From: a virus
IMG/VR virus record: IMGVR_UViG_3300010429_000248
DNA length: 32,950 nt
Strand: one strand, 5' to 3'
The notes under the pieces are model-generated. The model was given only the letters and a program-made list of their open reading frames with translations. It ran no database searches and had not been told where the DNA came from. Below are positions 11,897 through 20,637 of the stretch, in pieces (position 1 is the first letter of the stretch; each line of letters opens with the position of its first letter). A program made the position numbers and the translations under genes.

Positions 11897-13701
11897 GCCA
11901 CGAGCCTTGTCACGTCCGCAGTCACGACCAAGCCGCCCGTTGTGAGCGTACTCACCTCCGCCGCTTCGATTAGCTGAATGTCGTACACGTAAGAGCCGGG
12001 CACAAGATCATCCGTAACAGCCGCCTTGAGCATGATCGTTATGTCACCTGTTGGCGCGTCGGTTATGGTAATCGAGCCGTCCGTGCCGGTCGTGTAAGCC
12101 GCTCCGTTCAAGCGCACAAGCCCGTCTGTCAAGCCGGTGGCGTTCTTGCGGATGCGGACAATGGCGTCGTCATCAGCTTCGTAGGCGGAGCGTTTGATCG
12201 TAAAGTCGAGGCTAACGTACGATGCCAGACTGCCTAAGTTGAGCAATGCCGCCGAGAGCGTGTCGCCTCGCAGGATTGTTATTGTCGAGCCAATTACGGC
12301 GGTCACAAATTCAACCGAGCTCACATTCAACTTGTCTAAAACATCGTCTACTTTGTCGCCGATGATTTCAAGTTCCTCTGAAGTAGCAATACCAGTAGGG
12401 TCAACGGTTGCTGAAGCGTCAATCTTATTTGGGACTGTGAATGCCATTTGATCGGTCTTTACTTTTATGGCATCAACGTTCCCGTCAATAGTTGCCAGCG
12501 CTGTTGAGGTCGCCAACCCAGATGTATCCACAGTTGCGGTTGCATCGATCTTATTTGGTGTGGTGAATACCATCTGGTCGGTCTTCGCCTTGATCGCCGC
12601 AATGCCAGCGTTATCAGGCGCAGTATAGCCAGATGCCAACAGGGGCGCTGTTGGGATAGCCGCAATCGCCGCCGTGTATTCGCCAGCTTCAGCAGGCGCG
12701 GCAGGAATAAGGTCGGTCTTCAGCTTGATAGCGTCCACAATGCCGTCAATCGTGGTAATCTCGGTGTCGATGAAGTTGTCCACCGCGTCAAGAGCCGCCG
12801 CCGTTGCTAACGCGCTCACATCCGCCTTGTAATCGTTGATGGTCTCGGACGGCACGACCTTCTGATTTTTCGCACCGAATGAACCAACCGAAGTGTGGTC
12901 TGCAATCGCCTCGTCCCAGACCGCGTCTGCCACGCTTGCGGCTGTTGGTGCTGCGGCAATCGTGTCGGTCTTTGCTTTGATGGCGTCAATCAGCAAGTCG
13001 GTTCTGCCACCGTCGGCAAGTTCAGCCTGCAACTCGTTGGTGTCAGCCAGAATGTCAGCTATTTCCGTATCAAGGAAGTTGTCGATGGTGTCAATCTTGC
13101 CGTCAAGTGCTGTAATGGATGCGGCGGTAGCAACCGTGCTCAACTCACCGCTCGCTATTTTGACCCCGTCCGTGCCAGTGTCGGTCAGGATAGCCGCCGT
13201 GTCCGACTTGACAGCCGGTAGGTCAGTGTCGTGAATGTCGGTCAGCATCGTTTCCAAGCCATCAACGAGGTCATCCAAAGTCGTGCCCGTATCTTCCAAG
13301 ATGGCGGCTGATGTTGTCTGTGTGGCAATATCATTCGGGTCGTTGGTCAGCAATTGCACTTCCAATAAGACAGGTGCCATGTTAGCCGCCCCCTTCAGCA
13401 TCACGATTGCGCTTGGCACGCCCGTTGCGCATACCGCGTCTGGCAGGTCGAGCCTGTAAACGCCCGGCATGTTCGTGGCGTCCACCTCAACGAACCCACC
13501 GTCCGAGTGTGCCCCCGTGACGGTCTGCGTTGCCAACGTGATTGCCGCCGCGCTTCCGAGTGGGCGGACATAGTAGGCGGTCAGTGAGGCTGTGTTGTAT
13601 GCCAAACCTGCCAGCCCAACGCCCGTAGTCTTGGAACTATCTTGCGCGAACAGGTAGACCGTTACGTCCGTTGCCGCTTTTTTGAGTGTGAGTTTAGCCA
13701 T
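11893..13701 (-). CDS. Tail fiber with repetitive Ala/Thr/Asp-rich shaft
   Basis: 602 aa with repeated modules (IDTIDNFLDTEIADIL / VDNFIDTEITTIDGIVDAIKLKTD / IKAKTDQMVFTTPNKIDATATVD / IKVKTDQMAFTVPNKIDASATVD). It lies at the distal end of the tail module. Confidence 0.7.
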   Translation of the reverse strand: MAKLTLKKAATDVTVYLFAQDSSKTTGVGLAGLAYNTASLTAYYVRPLGSAAAITLATQTVTGAHSDGGFVEVDATNMPGVYRLDLPDAVCATGVPSAIVMLKGAANMAPVLLEVQLLTNDPNDIATQTTSAAILEDTGTTLDDLVDGLETMLTDIHDTDLPAVKSDTAAILTDTGTDGVKIASGELSTVATAASITALDGKIDTIDNFLDTEIADILADTNELQAELADGGRTDLLIDAIKAKTDTIAAAPTAASVADAVWDEAIADHTSVGSFGAKNQKVVPSETINDYKADVSALATAAALDAVDNFIDTEITTIDGIVDAIKLKTDLIPAAPAEAGEYTAAIAAIPTAPLLASGYTAPDNAGIAAIKAKTDQMVFTTPNKIDATATVDTSGLATSTALATIDGNVDAIKVKTDQMAFTVPNKIDASATVDPTGIATSEELEIIGDKVDDVLDKLNVSSVEFVTAVIGSTITILRGDTLSAALLNLGSLASYVSLDFTIKRSAYEADDDAIVRIRKNATGLTDGLVRLNGAAYTTGTDGSITITDAPTGDITIMLKAAVTDDLVPGSYVYDIQLIEAAEVSTLTTGGLVVTADVTRLVA

Positions 13702-15031
13702 GAAAGCCTCCAGAAAGTGATTGCATTTGTGCGTTCATATTGACGCGGAGTAAAGTGCCGGATGCGGCTTCGGTGTAGAGGACGGTCAAGACGGGTCGGT
13801 AGGCTTCGGTAGTGTAGTTTGGAGGGCAGTGGCGCATCAGGTAGTTTGCTTCAATGGCTGTATTTGTTCTGTCGTTTTCTTGAATAAGACCATAATAAGT
13901 AATACCGGTCTTATTAATCCAATCTGTGTCAAGGTTGCCACTCGTTTCGGGCGTATTTACCGCTAAATTCTGCCTGTTACACCATGTCTCAATGTCAGAG
14001 GTTGTTAACGCATCCCAAACAGTTTCTCTGTTTGCTGCATTGGTAATATCTGCGTCAAATGCCGACCAGTCATATTTGACGAGATAATAGTCATAATCGG
14101 CACTGATATAAACATTTACCCCTGTACCAGTAAAATTGACCTGAGTAACCGTTGATGCAGCCCCAATTGAAGATGTGTCAAACTTGTGTAATATTCGGTA
14201 GCATGTGTAATTAGGGTTTGCATATAAAACGCCGAGGTATCCATAAGCGACACCAAGCCGCGCAGCAGTGGTGCTAGTAGCTCTTGCGGCAGAGAAATCA
14301 GTGCCCGCCGCACTATTTATCTTTACACTATCACTCGCCCCTGCAAAGTCAGGGTCAATCACCACCGGATACACCGCTCCCGTCACATCCGCTTGAAACT
14401 CCACATAACCGTTCACATACGAGCCGGTGCAAGGTAGTTGCGTTGGTTCGCCCATCTCATCGAAAGTGGAGTCCGTTGCGGTAGTCGGAGTAAGCTGCCC
14501 CAAGCGTTCCCCATCCGCCCCGAACAGCACGCCCTCAATCTCGGTGATGCCAACAAGATCAATCTTCTGTCTGAAGCGGGTTGGCGCGTTAGCGTTCAGC
14601 AGTATCCAGTCGGTTTTGATGCCATTCCAGCGCGAGTGAATAACCCGCGTCACGTTCCTGACGCTGGTAAGCGTGATGTCTTTGCCCTCTCTGCTGATGC
14701 CATTGACAAGCAGGTTGCCCCACCGCTTCGTGGCGGTCAGCCAGCATTGCGGTCTATTGAGAACAAGATACTCTGTTTCCACGTTCCGGCGCGGATACCA
14801 ACGCCACGCCCCGATTGAGTCAAAGCGGACTTTATGGTTCATGCGAGACGCGCGGAATGAGAAGCCATCTGCCCCGTCTGATTCCCAGTCCTCGACAAGT
14901 TGTCGCCAAGAGCCAGCCTCGTCCTGATAGCTCACATCCGCGCCTGAGATTTCCTGCGTGAATGTGCCTTCCGGTTGCTCGTCATCGTGGTACTCGATGA
15001 ACTTGCGCCCACGCCTTACTTCGTGCCTCAT
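13694..15031 (-). CDS. Tail-module protein, possible receptor-binding or baseplate protein
   Basis: 445 aa after trimming to the ATG at 15031, which overlaps the lysin stop as ATGA. No motif recognised. The C-terminal half is AT-richer. Confidence 0.55.
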   Translation of the reverse strand: MRHEVRRGRKFIEYHDDEQPEGTFTQEISGADVSYQDEAGSWRQLVEDWESDGADGFSFRASRMNHKVRFDSIGAWRWYPRRNVETEYLVLNRPQCWLTATKRWGNLLVNGISREGKDITLTSVRNVTRVIHSRWNGIKTDWILLNANAPTRFRQKIDLVGITEIEGVLFGADGERLGQLTPTTATDSTFDEMGEPTQLPCTGSYVNGYVEFQADVTGAVYPVVIDPDFAGASDSVKINSAAGTDFSAARATSTTAARLGVAYGYLGVLYANPNYTCYRILHKFDTSSIGAASTVTQVNFTGTGVNVYISADYDYYLVKYDWSAFDADITNAANRETVWDALTTSDIETWCNRQNLAVNTPETSGNLDTDWINKTGITYYGLIQENDRTNTAIEANYLMRHCPPNYTTEAYRPVLTVLYTEAASGTLLRVNMNAQMQSLSGGFHG

Positions 15032-16386
15032 GCTTGCCTCCGATATGAAACTATGCGATAGACAAATCTCTTCGCGTCCTTGTACCTGCTCTTGAATGAG
15101 CCTTGCCAGCCGTCCCACGAGTCAATCATCACGTAGTCCTCATTCGCTAACTTGCCGATGAGCAGCACGTAGTGGTCGTTGATTACAGCGGACGAAGGCA
15201 CGAAATCCACGTGTACAATTACCGGCTCGCCTCTGTCTAAGCAAGCGTCAATCTGCGACAATGGCGCTGGAACATCCATGCAGTCAACCCACGTTGCAAT
15301 CGGGAACGGTATCTTGCCCCAATAGAGCAAGTTCTCGTTAGCGTAGCCGCCGTTCTGCGTGAGCCAAGTGTTGAGCCGCGCGGGGTCGGTGTCGATGCCA
15401 TAAAACTTCTGCACCATCGCCACGCACGTAATCAGGCAGCCGTTCCAGCCGATGGTGGTTGAGCTCGTGCCAAGCCGGTTGTTCTTCCAGCGTGGGTCGT
15501 TCTGGCTATAAGGCTCGACTGCCAAAGTACCGCTCGGTGGTGGTGCTGGCGGCAAGTTGGTAACACGCTTGATATACTTCTGGCTCACCCAAGCATTGAC
15601 ACGCACCCAATCGCCAGCCTCTTCGTAGACGGTCACCTTGTTGCCGATGTTCAGCTTGCCGATGATAGTACCACCTGCTGATGCCCTGACATTCAACACG
15701 CCAGCCGTGACAGAAGCCTCGTAAGGCAAGCCGACTGGTTCAGGTTCGGGTTCAGGCGGAGTAACAACCGCGCCAACCCAAGCGTCAAACTCGGCTTGTG
15801 TTCCGTAGAACTGGCTCAAATCAACGCCCCGTGCATAGCCAGCGATGCGCCCTGTTTCCGTGCCGTGATTCTGCCAGAGCCAATAGCCATTCGCACCTTG
15901 CGGCAACCAGGGAGTTGTCGCGCCGTAATGCGCAACCCACAATTTGTATTCGTTGTAGTAAGGCGTGCTACCCATAATGCGTTGCCATTGCACCTTGCTG
16001 GTATAGATGCCAGTCACATACGCGTCCATTCGCCCAAGATATTCGTCAACGGTCTTCTTCGTCAAAGGTTCGGCGTTATTCTCAAGCTCCACGTCCGCCC
16101 AGAAACCGAGCTGCAATGTCTTGCCGTTGATAGCGTTCATCGCAACCCCAACCTGCTCGCTGATAGGCTGGTACTCGGTGATGAACTGGTACGCCCCCAC
16201 CGGCACGCCCCTGCGCGTGAACTCGCGGTAATGGTTCTCGAACTCGATGTCCGCGCCGTCCCAACGATTAGGAACGCCAGAGCCGTAAGCTGCACGGATG
16301 ATTACGCCTGAGATGGCCGCGCTCATCGCATCGTAGTCAATCGCGGATGAGGGTTGGTAATAACTTATGTCAAGTATTGGTTTCAT
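15028..16386 (-). CDS. Trimodular peptidoglycan hydrolase: GH25 muramidase, SH3-like domain, C39-like Cys peptidase
   Basis: The N-terminus ILDISYYQ...GVIIRAAYG...FWADVE...GVDLSQFYG is GH25-like. The middle VLNVRASAGGTIIGKLNIGNKVTVYEEAGDWVRVN is SH3b-like. The C-terminal EPYSQNDPRW...GWNGCLITCVAM...NDHYVLLIG...IDSWDG is a Cys/His peptidase (C39_2-like). Confidence 0.8.
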   Translation of the reverse strand: MKPILDISYYQPSSAIDYDAMSAAISGVIIRAAYGSGVPNRWDGADIEFENHYREFTRRGVPVGAYQFITEYQPISEQVGVAMNAINGKTLQLGFWADVELENNAEPLTKKTVDEYLGRMDAYVTGIYTSKVQWQRIMGSTPYYNEYKLWVAHYGATTPWLPQGANGYWLWQNHGTETGRIAGYARGVDLSQFYGTQAEFDAWVGAVVTPPEPEPEPVGLPYEASVTAGVLNVRASAGGTIIGKLNIGNKVTVYEEAGDWVRVNAWVSQKYIKRVTNLPPAPPPSGTLAVEPYSQNDPRWKNNRLGTSSTTIGWNGCLITCVAMVQKFYGIDTDPARLNTWLTQNGGYANENLLYWGKIPFPIATWVDCMDVPAPLSQIDACLDRGEPVIVHVDFVPSSAVINDHYVLLIGKLANEDYVMIDSWDGWQGSFKSRYKDAKRFVYRIVSYRRQA

Positions 16387-17033
16387 TTCACGTACTCCGT
16401 ATCGCTGCCCGCGCTGTCGATTTCAAAGTGAACATCGAAACTAAGAATGCCGACAAAGTCCTGAACGTCATTATCCACTTCCGCTCCGCCAGTAAATAAT
16501 GTTGAAGTGTTAGCCACGTCCCTGAATATCTTGAATAAAACTATGTCGGATAATCCAGCACCTTCGGGCGGCGTAATTGAACCAAATTTTGTGATTTGAT
16601 TCAGATTGCCAGTTGACCAAGTAAATGCGTTGGCGGTATGTTTCTGATAAGTGAATGTTTGATTTTCTTGTGCGCCATTGATATTCCACGCATAACTAAT
16701 AAGCAGGTTTGGCATCGCGGCAGCTGTTTGTATCCAATGCACATGCGGATAAATAACAGTGCCCGTTTTCCAACGGTGGCTCATCTGAACTGCCATCGTG
16801 GTATAGTCGCTCAAACTGCATGACTTGTTGTAAACAACTTGAACATATAACGGACTAACTACAATGTGCGAACTCGGTGACTCCATCTTCTGCCCGACTA
16901 ACCCATATTGCAGGTCGTCAAAGTACGTGTCCGCATACATGCCGGCTTTGTGCGCACCGTGAGCCTTCAGCCGCTCGACCTCGCGCTCCAGCTGCTTCAG
17001 CCGGTTCAGCATCGTTTCGTCAAAGTTACTCAT
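16383..17033 (-). CDS. Hypothetical tail/baseplate protein
   Basis: 216 aa with a short N-terminal coiled coil (LNRLKQLEREVERLKAH) followed by a beta-rich region. It lies between the Tal-like gene and the lysin and is AT-richer. Confidence 0.55.
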   Translation of the reverse strand: MSNFDETMLNRLKQLEREVERLKAHGAHKAGMYADTYFDDLQYGLVGQKMESPSSHIVVSPLYVQVVYNKSCSLSDYTTMAVQMSHRWKTGTVIYPHVHWIQTAAAMPNLLISYAWNINGAQENQTFTYQKHTANAFTWSTGNLNQITKFGSITPPEGAGLSDIVLFKIFRDVANTSTLFTGGAEVDNDVQDFVGILSFDVHFEIDSAGSDTEYVK

Positions 17034-18121
17034 AGCTCACCTTCCAGCTTGATGTCAAGTTGCTCCCCGCCGTCTTGGTCGACCTTAACCCGAACGCTCT
17101 TCACGTGGCAATCAACGTAAAAGCCGAACGCCTCAACTGACAGAACGTCGCCAAACCAATAATGGATGCCATATTGCATGCCCGGCGTGTCGTGCAGCGT
17201 GCCGGTTAATAATTGGCGTGGTTTGAACTCCTCCAGCGCTGCATCGCCGTCCGCGTTCAGGCTTGCGGTTGTGCTGTCATCCCTTGAGTCCTTCATGTAT
17301 TCGCGTCTGTTCCACTTGCTTGCTCCAACCCGTGCGGTGTTTGTCCTCGTGACCAGCGTCCTTGCGGCATCCTCGCCCTGCCCGCCAACCAGAATGGTGT
17401 TGCGCTCGTCCGCGTGGTACGTGCCGAATGTGGCTTGGCTCAGATTGCCGTATTGCTTGCCTACCAAGCGCGGATCGCCGGACGAACGCCCGTGATTCTG
17501 CCCGCGTTGCCCGGTGTAAGTCCGGAACTCGAATGTGCCCGGCGCGGTCCTCACCACGTCGAAGCTCAGCTTTACGCCACCCGTTTCCGCCAGTTCTGCC
17601 AATTCCTGAATGACCGTCAAAACGTTCCGGTAAGCAAATTCGAACGTAACCGAAGCCCCACCTGCGCCCAAGTTAGGCGCACAAGTCAACTTCGTCCTTG
17701 TCGTGCCAGCCGTTGCGCCTAACTGTTCCTCAACAATGGCTTTCATCATGTCGTCAGGAATGGCAGTCTTCGAAGCGCCAGCCGATGCCGCGTAAGCCCA
17801 AACAATCGCCGTGTCCAGTAACCAGTTCGCATCGAACGCGGTAAGTTGGATATATTCAGCCCCGTCACCGTCCGCCCAAAACTCCCAGTTCTGCAGGAAG
17901 TACGCGGTCTCGTTTTGCAATTCAAGCGTGCCGTTCTTTTCGCGCCACACCTCGAAGATGTCGCCAACCGCGAACTGGTCGTATTGCATCAAACCGCGCG
18001 GCAGGTTGATTACCAGTGAGCCGATTTGATTCTGCGTCTTGATGTATTCGAGCGAATTGAACGCCTGAATAACGCCTTTGCGAACGCCTTCGTGGGTGTA
18101 CCAAACAGCCTCGTATCTCAT
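17030..18121 (-). CDS. Tal-like / baseplate-hub tail protein
   Basis: 363 aa after trimming to the ATG at 18121, which overlaps the Dit stop as ATGA. The call rests on its position directly after Dit. Confidence 0.5.
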   Translation of the reverse strand: MRYEAVWYTHEGVRKGVIQAFNSLEYIKTQNQIGSLVINLPRGLMQYDQFAVGDIFEVWREKNGTLELQNETAYFLQNWEFWADGDGAEYIQLTAFDANWLLDTAIVWAYAASAGASKTAIPDDMMKAIVEEQLGATAGTTRTKLTCAPNLGAGGASVTFEFAYRNVLTVIQELAELAETGGVKLSFDVVRTAPGTFEFRTYTGQRGQNHGRSSGDPRLVGKQYGNLSQATFGTYHADERNTILVGGQGEDAARTLVTRTNTARVGASKWNRREYMKDSRDDSTTASLNADGDAALEEFKPRQLLTGTLHDTPGMQYGIHYWFGDVLSVEAFGFYVDCHVKSVRVKVDQDGGEQLDIKLEGEL

Positions 18122-20637
18122 AACAGCGCCCCGTCCAGCCCCCAAAATTGCGGATTCCATTGAATAAACGCGCCTGACCCTAAATCAGGATCACTGTCAG
18201 GATAGAACAGTGAGATGAGGTTATTGCCCGGCTTCAAGTAGAAGTCGCCATAATCCGAGCCCGGAACGATATAGCGCATGAGGTTGCCGCGCCCCGACCA
18301 ACCGCCCTGAAACTTCAAGTTGAGCGGGTCGAAGAATAGGTTTATCCACTCGCCAGCGTTCAAAGTCAAGCCGTCAAACGCGATTGTCTTGCCGGTGCTG
18401 TAGTTAGTGATCGCCTTGAGCGTGCCCGGCCCGTGCACCTGAATGACCGGGTACGTGTTCGCTGACGCGCTTGCCACGTTCAGGTTGAGCGCCACCACGC
18501 CGGTGAAGGCGTTGACGTCCGGCGTTTCGTATACGGTTGAGAAATCGCCACCAACATAGAGCGAGCCGTCGGAGGCGGGTAGAAACGATAATACCATCAG
18601 ATCACCCGGTAAGTTGATGTCTAAGGGTTGCCAAGCGCCGTTTGACCAAACAGCCATGCGGTCTGTAAGTGTCAAACCACCAGCAGCAGTAAACACACCG
18701 CCTGCATATACTTTTCCGGATTTATATACTATTGCAGTAGGTACATCATTTAATCCCGTACCTAACGATTCCCATGACGCGCCGTTCCAACAAGCGATGT
18801 AGTCAGCATTAGCAACACCCCCTGCATTAGTAAAATAGCCCCCGACAAATAGTTTGCCAAAGTCGTCAAAAGCAATACAAGTAACCGTATTACCTAATTC
18901 AACCGTACCAACTCGGACAAATGCTGTGCCGTTCCAATAACACAAATAATCACCATAAGTACCATCGGCGTTACCAAAGTTTCCACCAATATACAGATTT
19001 CCATTCTGTGCGAATGCCAATGCTGAGACATCACTGCTTAATCCGGTAGCAAGTGCGCTCCACGTCGTTCCATTCCATTTGGCAACCTTTATTGTGTTAG
19101 CAACACCACCGGCGCTTGTAAAACTACCCGCTGCATAGATATCACCATTTGACGCAACAGCAATATCATAAACATTGTTATTCGTGCCAGTCCCGAGTGT
19201 ATTTTCTGTCGGTGTACCATACAAATCTGTAATTTTACATATTCTATTTATTGCGGTTGAACCAACATTTGTGAATGCACCTCCGACATACAAATCCCCT
19301 TTCGCATCGAAAGTCATGCACAAAACATCATAATTAATCCCTGCTATAACTTTTTCCCACGCCCCACTCACCGGATTCCAACGCACTAAGTAATCCGCTT
19401 CTGGTATACCGCCGGCGTTTACAAACGAGCCCCCCACGTAAATCTTACCGTCCGGGCCTTCCGCCATGCAATCAACTCTTTCATTTAGCCCGTTGCCGTC
19501 ATCTGCGCCGTTGAGTAAGCTCTCATAAGCCGCCCCATTCCACTTGCACCAATTACCCTGTGGGTCGCGCTTGACGATGTGCTCCGCCGGAAAGTTGGCG
19601 TACAGGTCGAGCTCCTTGCCCTCGTTGTACGCGCCCTGAAGCAAGCCGGAGGGGATGGTGAACGACAGAATGTCCTTCTGGAACACCGGCATACTCGGCG
19701 TGTCTTGGTGGCTCGGTTGAGGAACGCAAACGATGTCGACCGGTTGCGTGGCTTCGTCACCGTTAGCCGCGAAGCCTTGATACCTGATTACACGCCGCTC
19801 TTCAGCCGCGCCAAACAAGTAATCAGGACGAAGCGCGTCGATAATGACCTTGCGATTGGCTTGCAGGTCGCCTTGATTGTCGCCTGAATAAGCAAGTACC
19901 ATGCTGAAATTGCGTGACTTGCGGATGTGCGTCTGGTACATATCGCCGCCCGAAGTCATCTTGGTCATGACTTGATTCCATTGCCCGTTGCCAAGCCCTT
20001 GCACGCTGATAATCTTGGCGTAGGTCGAAATGTCAATCAGCTCACCGCCCAGCCCGTTGAAAGCCGAGCGCTCGGAGCTTGAATTGCGCGCCGCGCCAGT
20101 CCAGCGACAGCCGGATAAATAGCCTTCGATAAATGTGGTCGCCTTGCTCGCTTGCTCGAATTGCGCGCCGTCAACGTAATAGACAGCGGTAGAAGCTACG
20201 GCTAACCGCTCAACAGTCACAACGTAATTCGACACGGATTCGGCTGCCGTGTGTGTTACTTCCACCCTTTGCCAATAGCCAGTTGCGGTAAAAACGGTCT
20301 GTGCTTTAACCTCAAAGCCTGAATTTCTAATAGTAATAATCATTGATTGTCCAGCCACACCTTTTACGTCGCAACTGAACGTAAAATCCAAATCGTCAAC
20401 AACAGTCAAACCTTGATAGACCGCCGCACTTGGCACGTTGTTCGCCGTATTGACCTTGAGCGAATAAGCGCCGCGCCTTGCATCGTCAGGATGCGAGGCA
20501 ATCGTCACGCCAGCGCCGGATGCCGTCCAGCCGGTCACGTATTCGGGACCGGAAAATTGCGGGTTCTTGATTTGATTCGTGCCGGCTGCCGGCTTGACGA
20601 TCCAGAATTTCCAGTTTTCTAATTTCGGTGCTGTCAT
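18118..20637 (-). CDS. Evolved distal tail protein (Dit) with an N-terminal CBM-like domain and an inserted 7-blade beta-propeller
   Basis: Its ATG at 20637 overlaps the tape-measure stop. Seven repeats of about 50 aa begin GGSF, GGAF, AGSF, GGNF, GGYF, GGVF and GGDF (about aa 400-700, nt about 18514-19566). The flanking segments resemble the Dit N-terminal and galectin-like C-terminal domains. Confidence 0.6.
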   Translation of the reverse strand: MTAPKLENWKFWIVKPAAGTNQIKNPQFSGPEYVTGWTASGAGVTIASHPDDARRGAYSLKVNTANNVPSAAVYQGLTVVDDLDFTFSCDVKGVAGQSMIITIRNSGFEVKAQTVFTATGYWQRVEVTHTAAESVSNYVVTVERLAVASTAVYYVDGAQFEQASKATTFIEGYLSGCRWTGAARNSSSERSAFNGLGGELIDISTYAKIISVQGLGNGQWNQVMTKMTSGGDMYQTHIRKSRNFSMVLAYSGDNQGDLQANRKVIIDALRPDYLFGAAEERRVIRYQGFAANGDEATQPVDIVCVPQPSHQDTPSMPVFQKDILSFTIPSGLLQGAYNEGKELDLYANFPAEHIVKRDPQGNWCKWNGAAYESLLNGADDGNGLNERVDCMAEGPDGKIYVGGSFVNAGGIPEADYLVRWNPVSGAWEKVIAGINYDVLCMTFDAKGDLYVGGAFTNVGSTAINRICKITDLYGTPTENTLGTGTNNNVYDIAVASNGDIYAAGSFTSAGGVANTIKVAKWNGTTWSALATGLSSDVSALAFAQNGNLYIGGNFGNADGTYGDYLCYWNGTAFVRVGTVELGNTVTCIAFDDFGKLFVGGYFTNAGGVANADYIACWNGASWESLGTGLNDVPTAIVYKSGKVYAGGVFTAAGGLTLTDRMAVWSNGAWQPLDINLPGDLMVLSFLPASDGSLYVGGDFSTVYETPDVNAFTGVVALNLNVASASANTYPVIQVHGPGTLKAITNYSTGKTIAFDGLTLNAGEWINLFFDPLNLKFQGGWSGRGNLMRYIVPGSDYGDFYLKPGNNLISLFYPDSDPDLGSGAFIQWNPQFWGLDGALL

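Noticed and set aside
12893-13459. Plus-strand ORFs within the fiber, Dit, tape-measure, capsid and other genes (for example 12893-13234, 21553-21867, 28658-28924)
   Set aside because: They are antisense shadow ORFs of strongly supported minus-strand genes, with Ser/Ala/Pro-rich low-complexity products.
11893-13701. Diversity-generating retroelement acting on the fiber repeats
   Set aside because: The genome has no reverse transcriptase gene, and the repeats differ at all base types rather than at adenines only.
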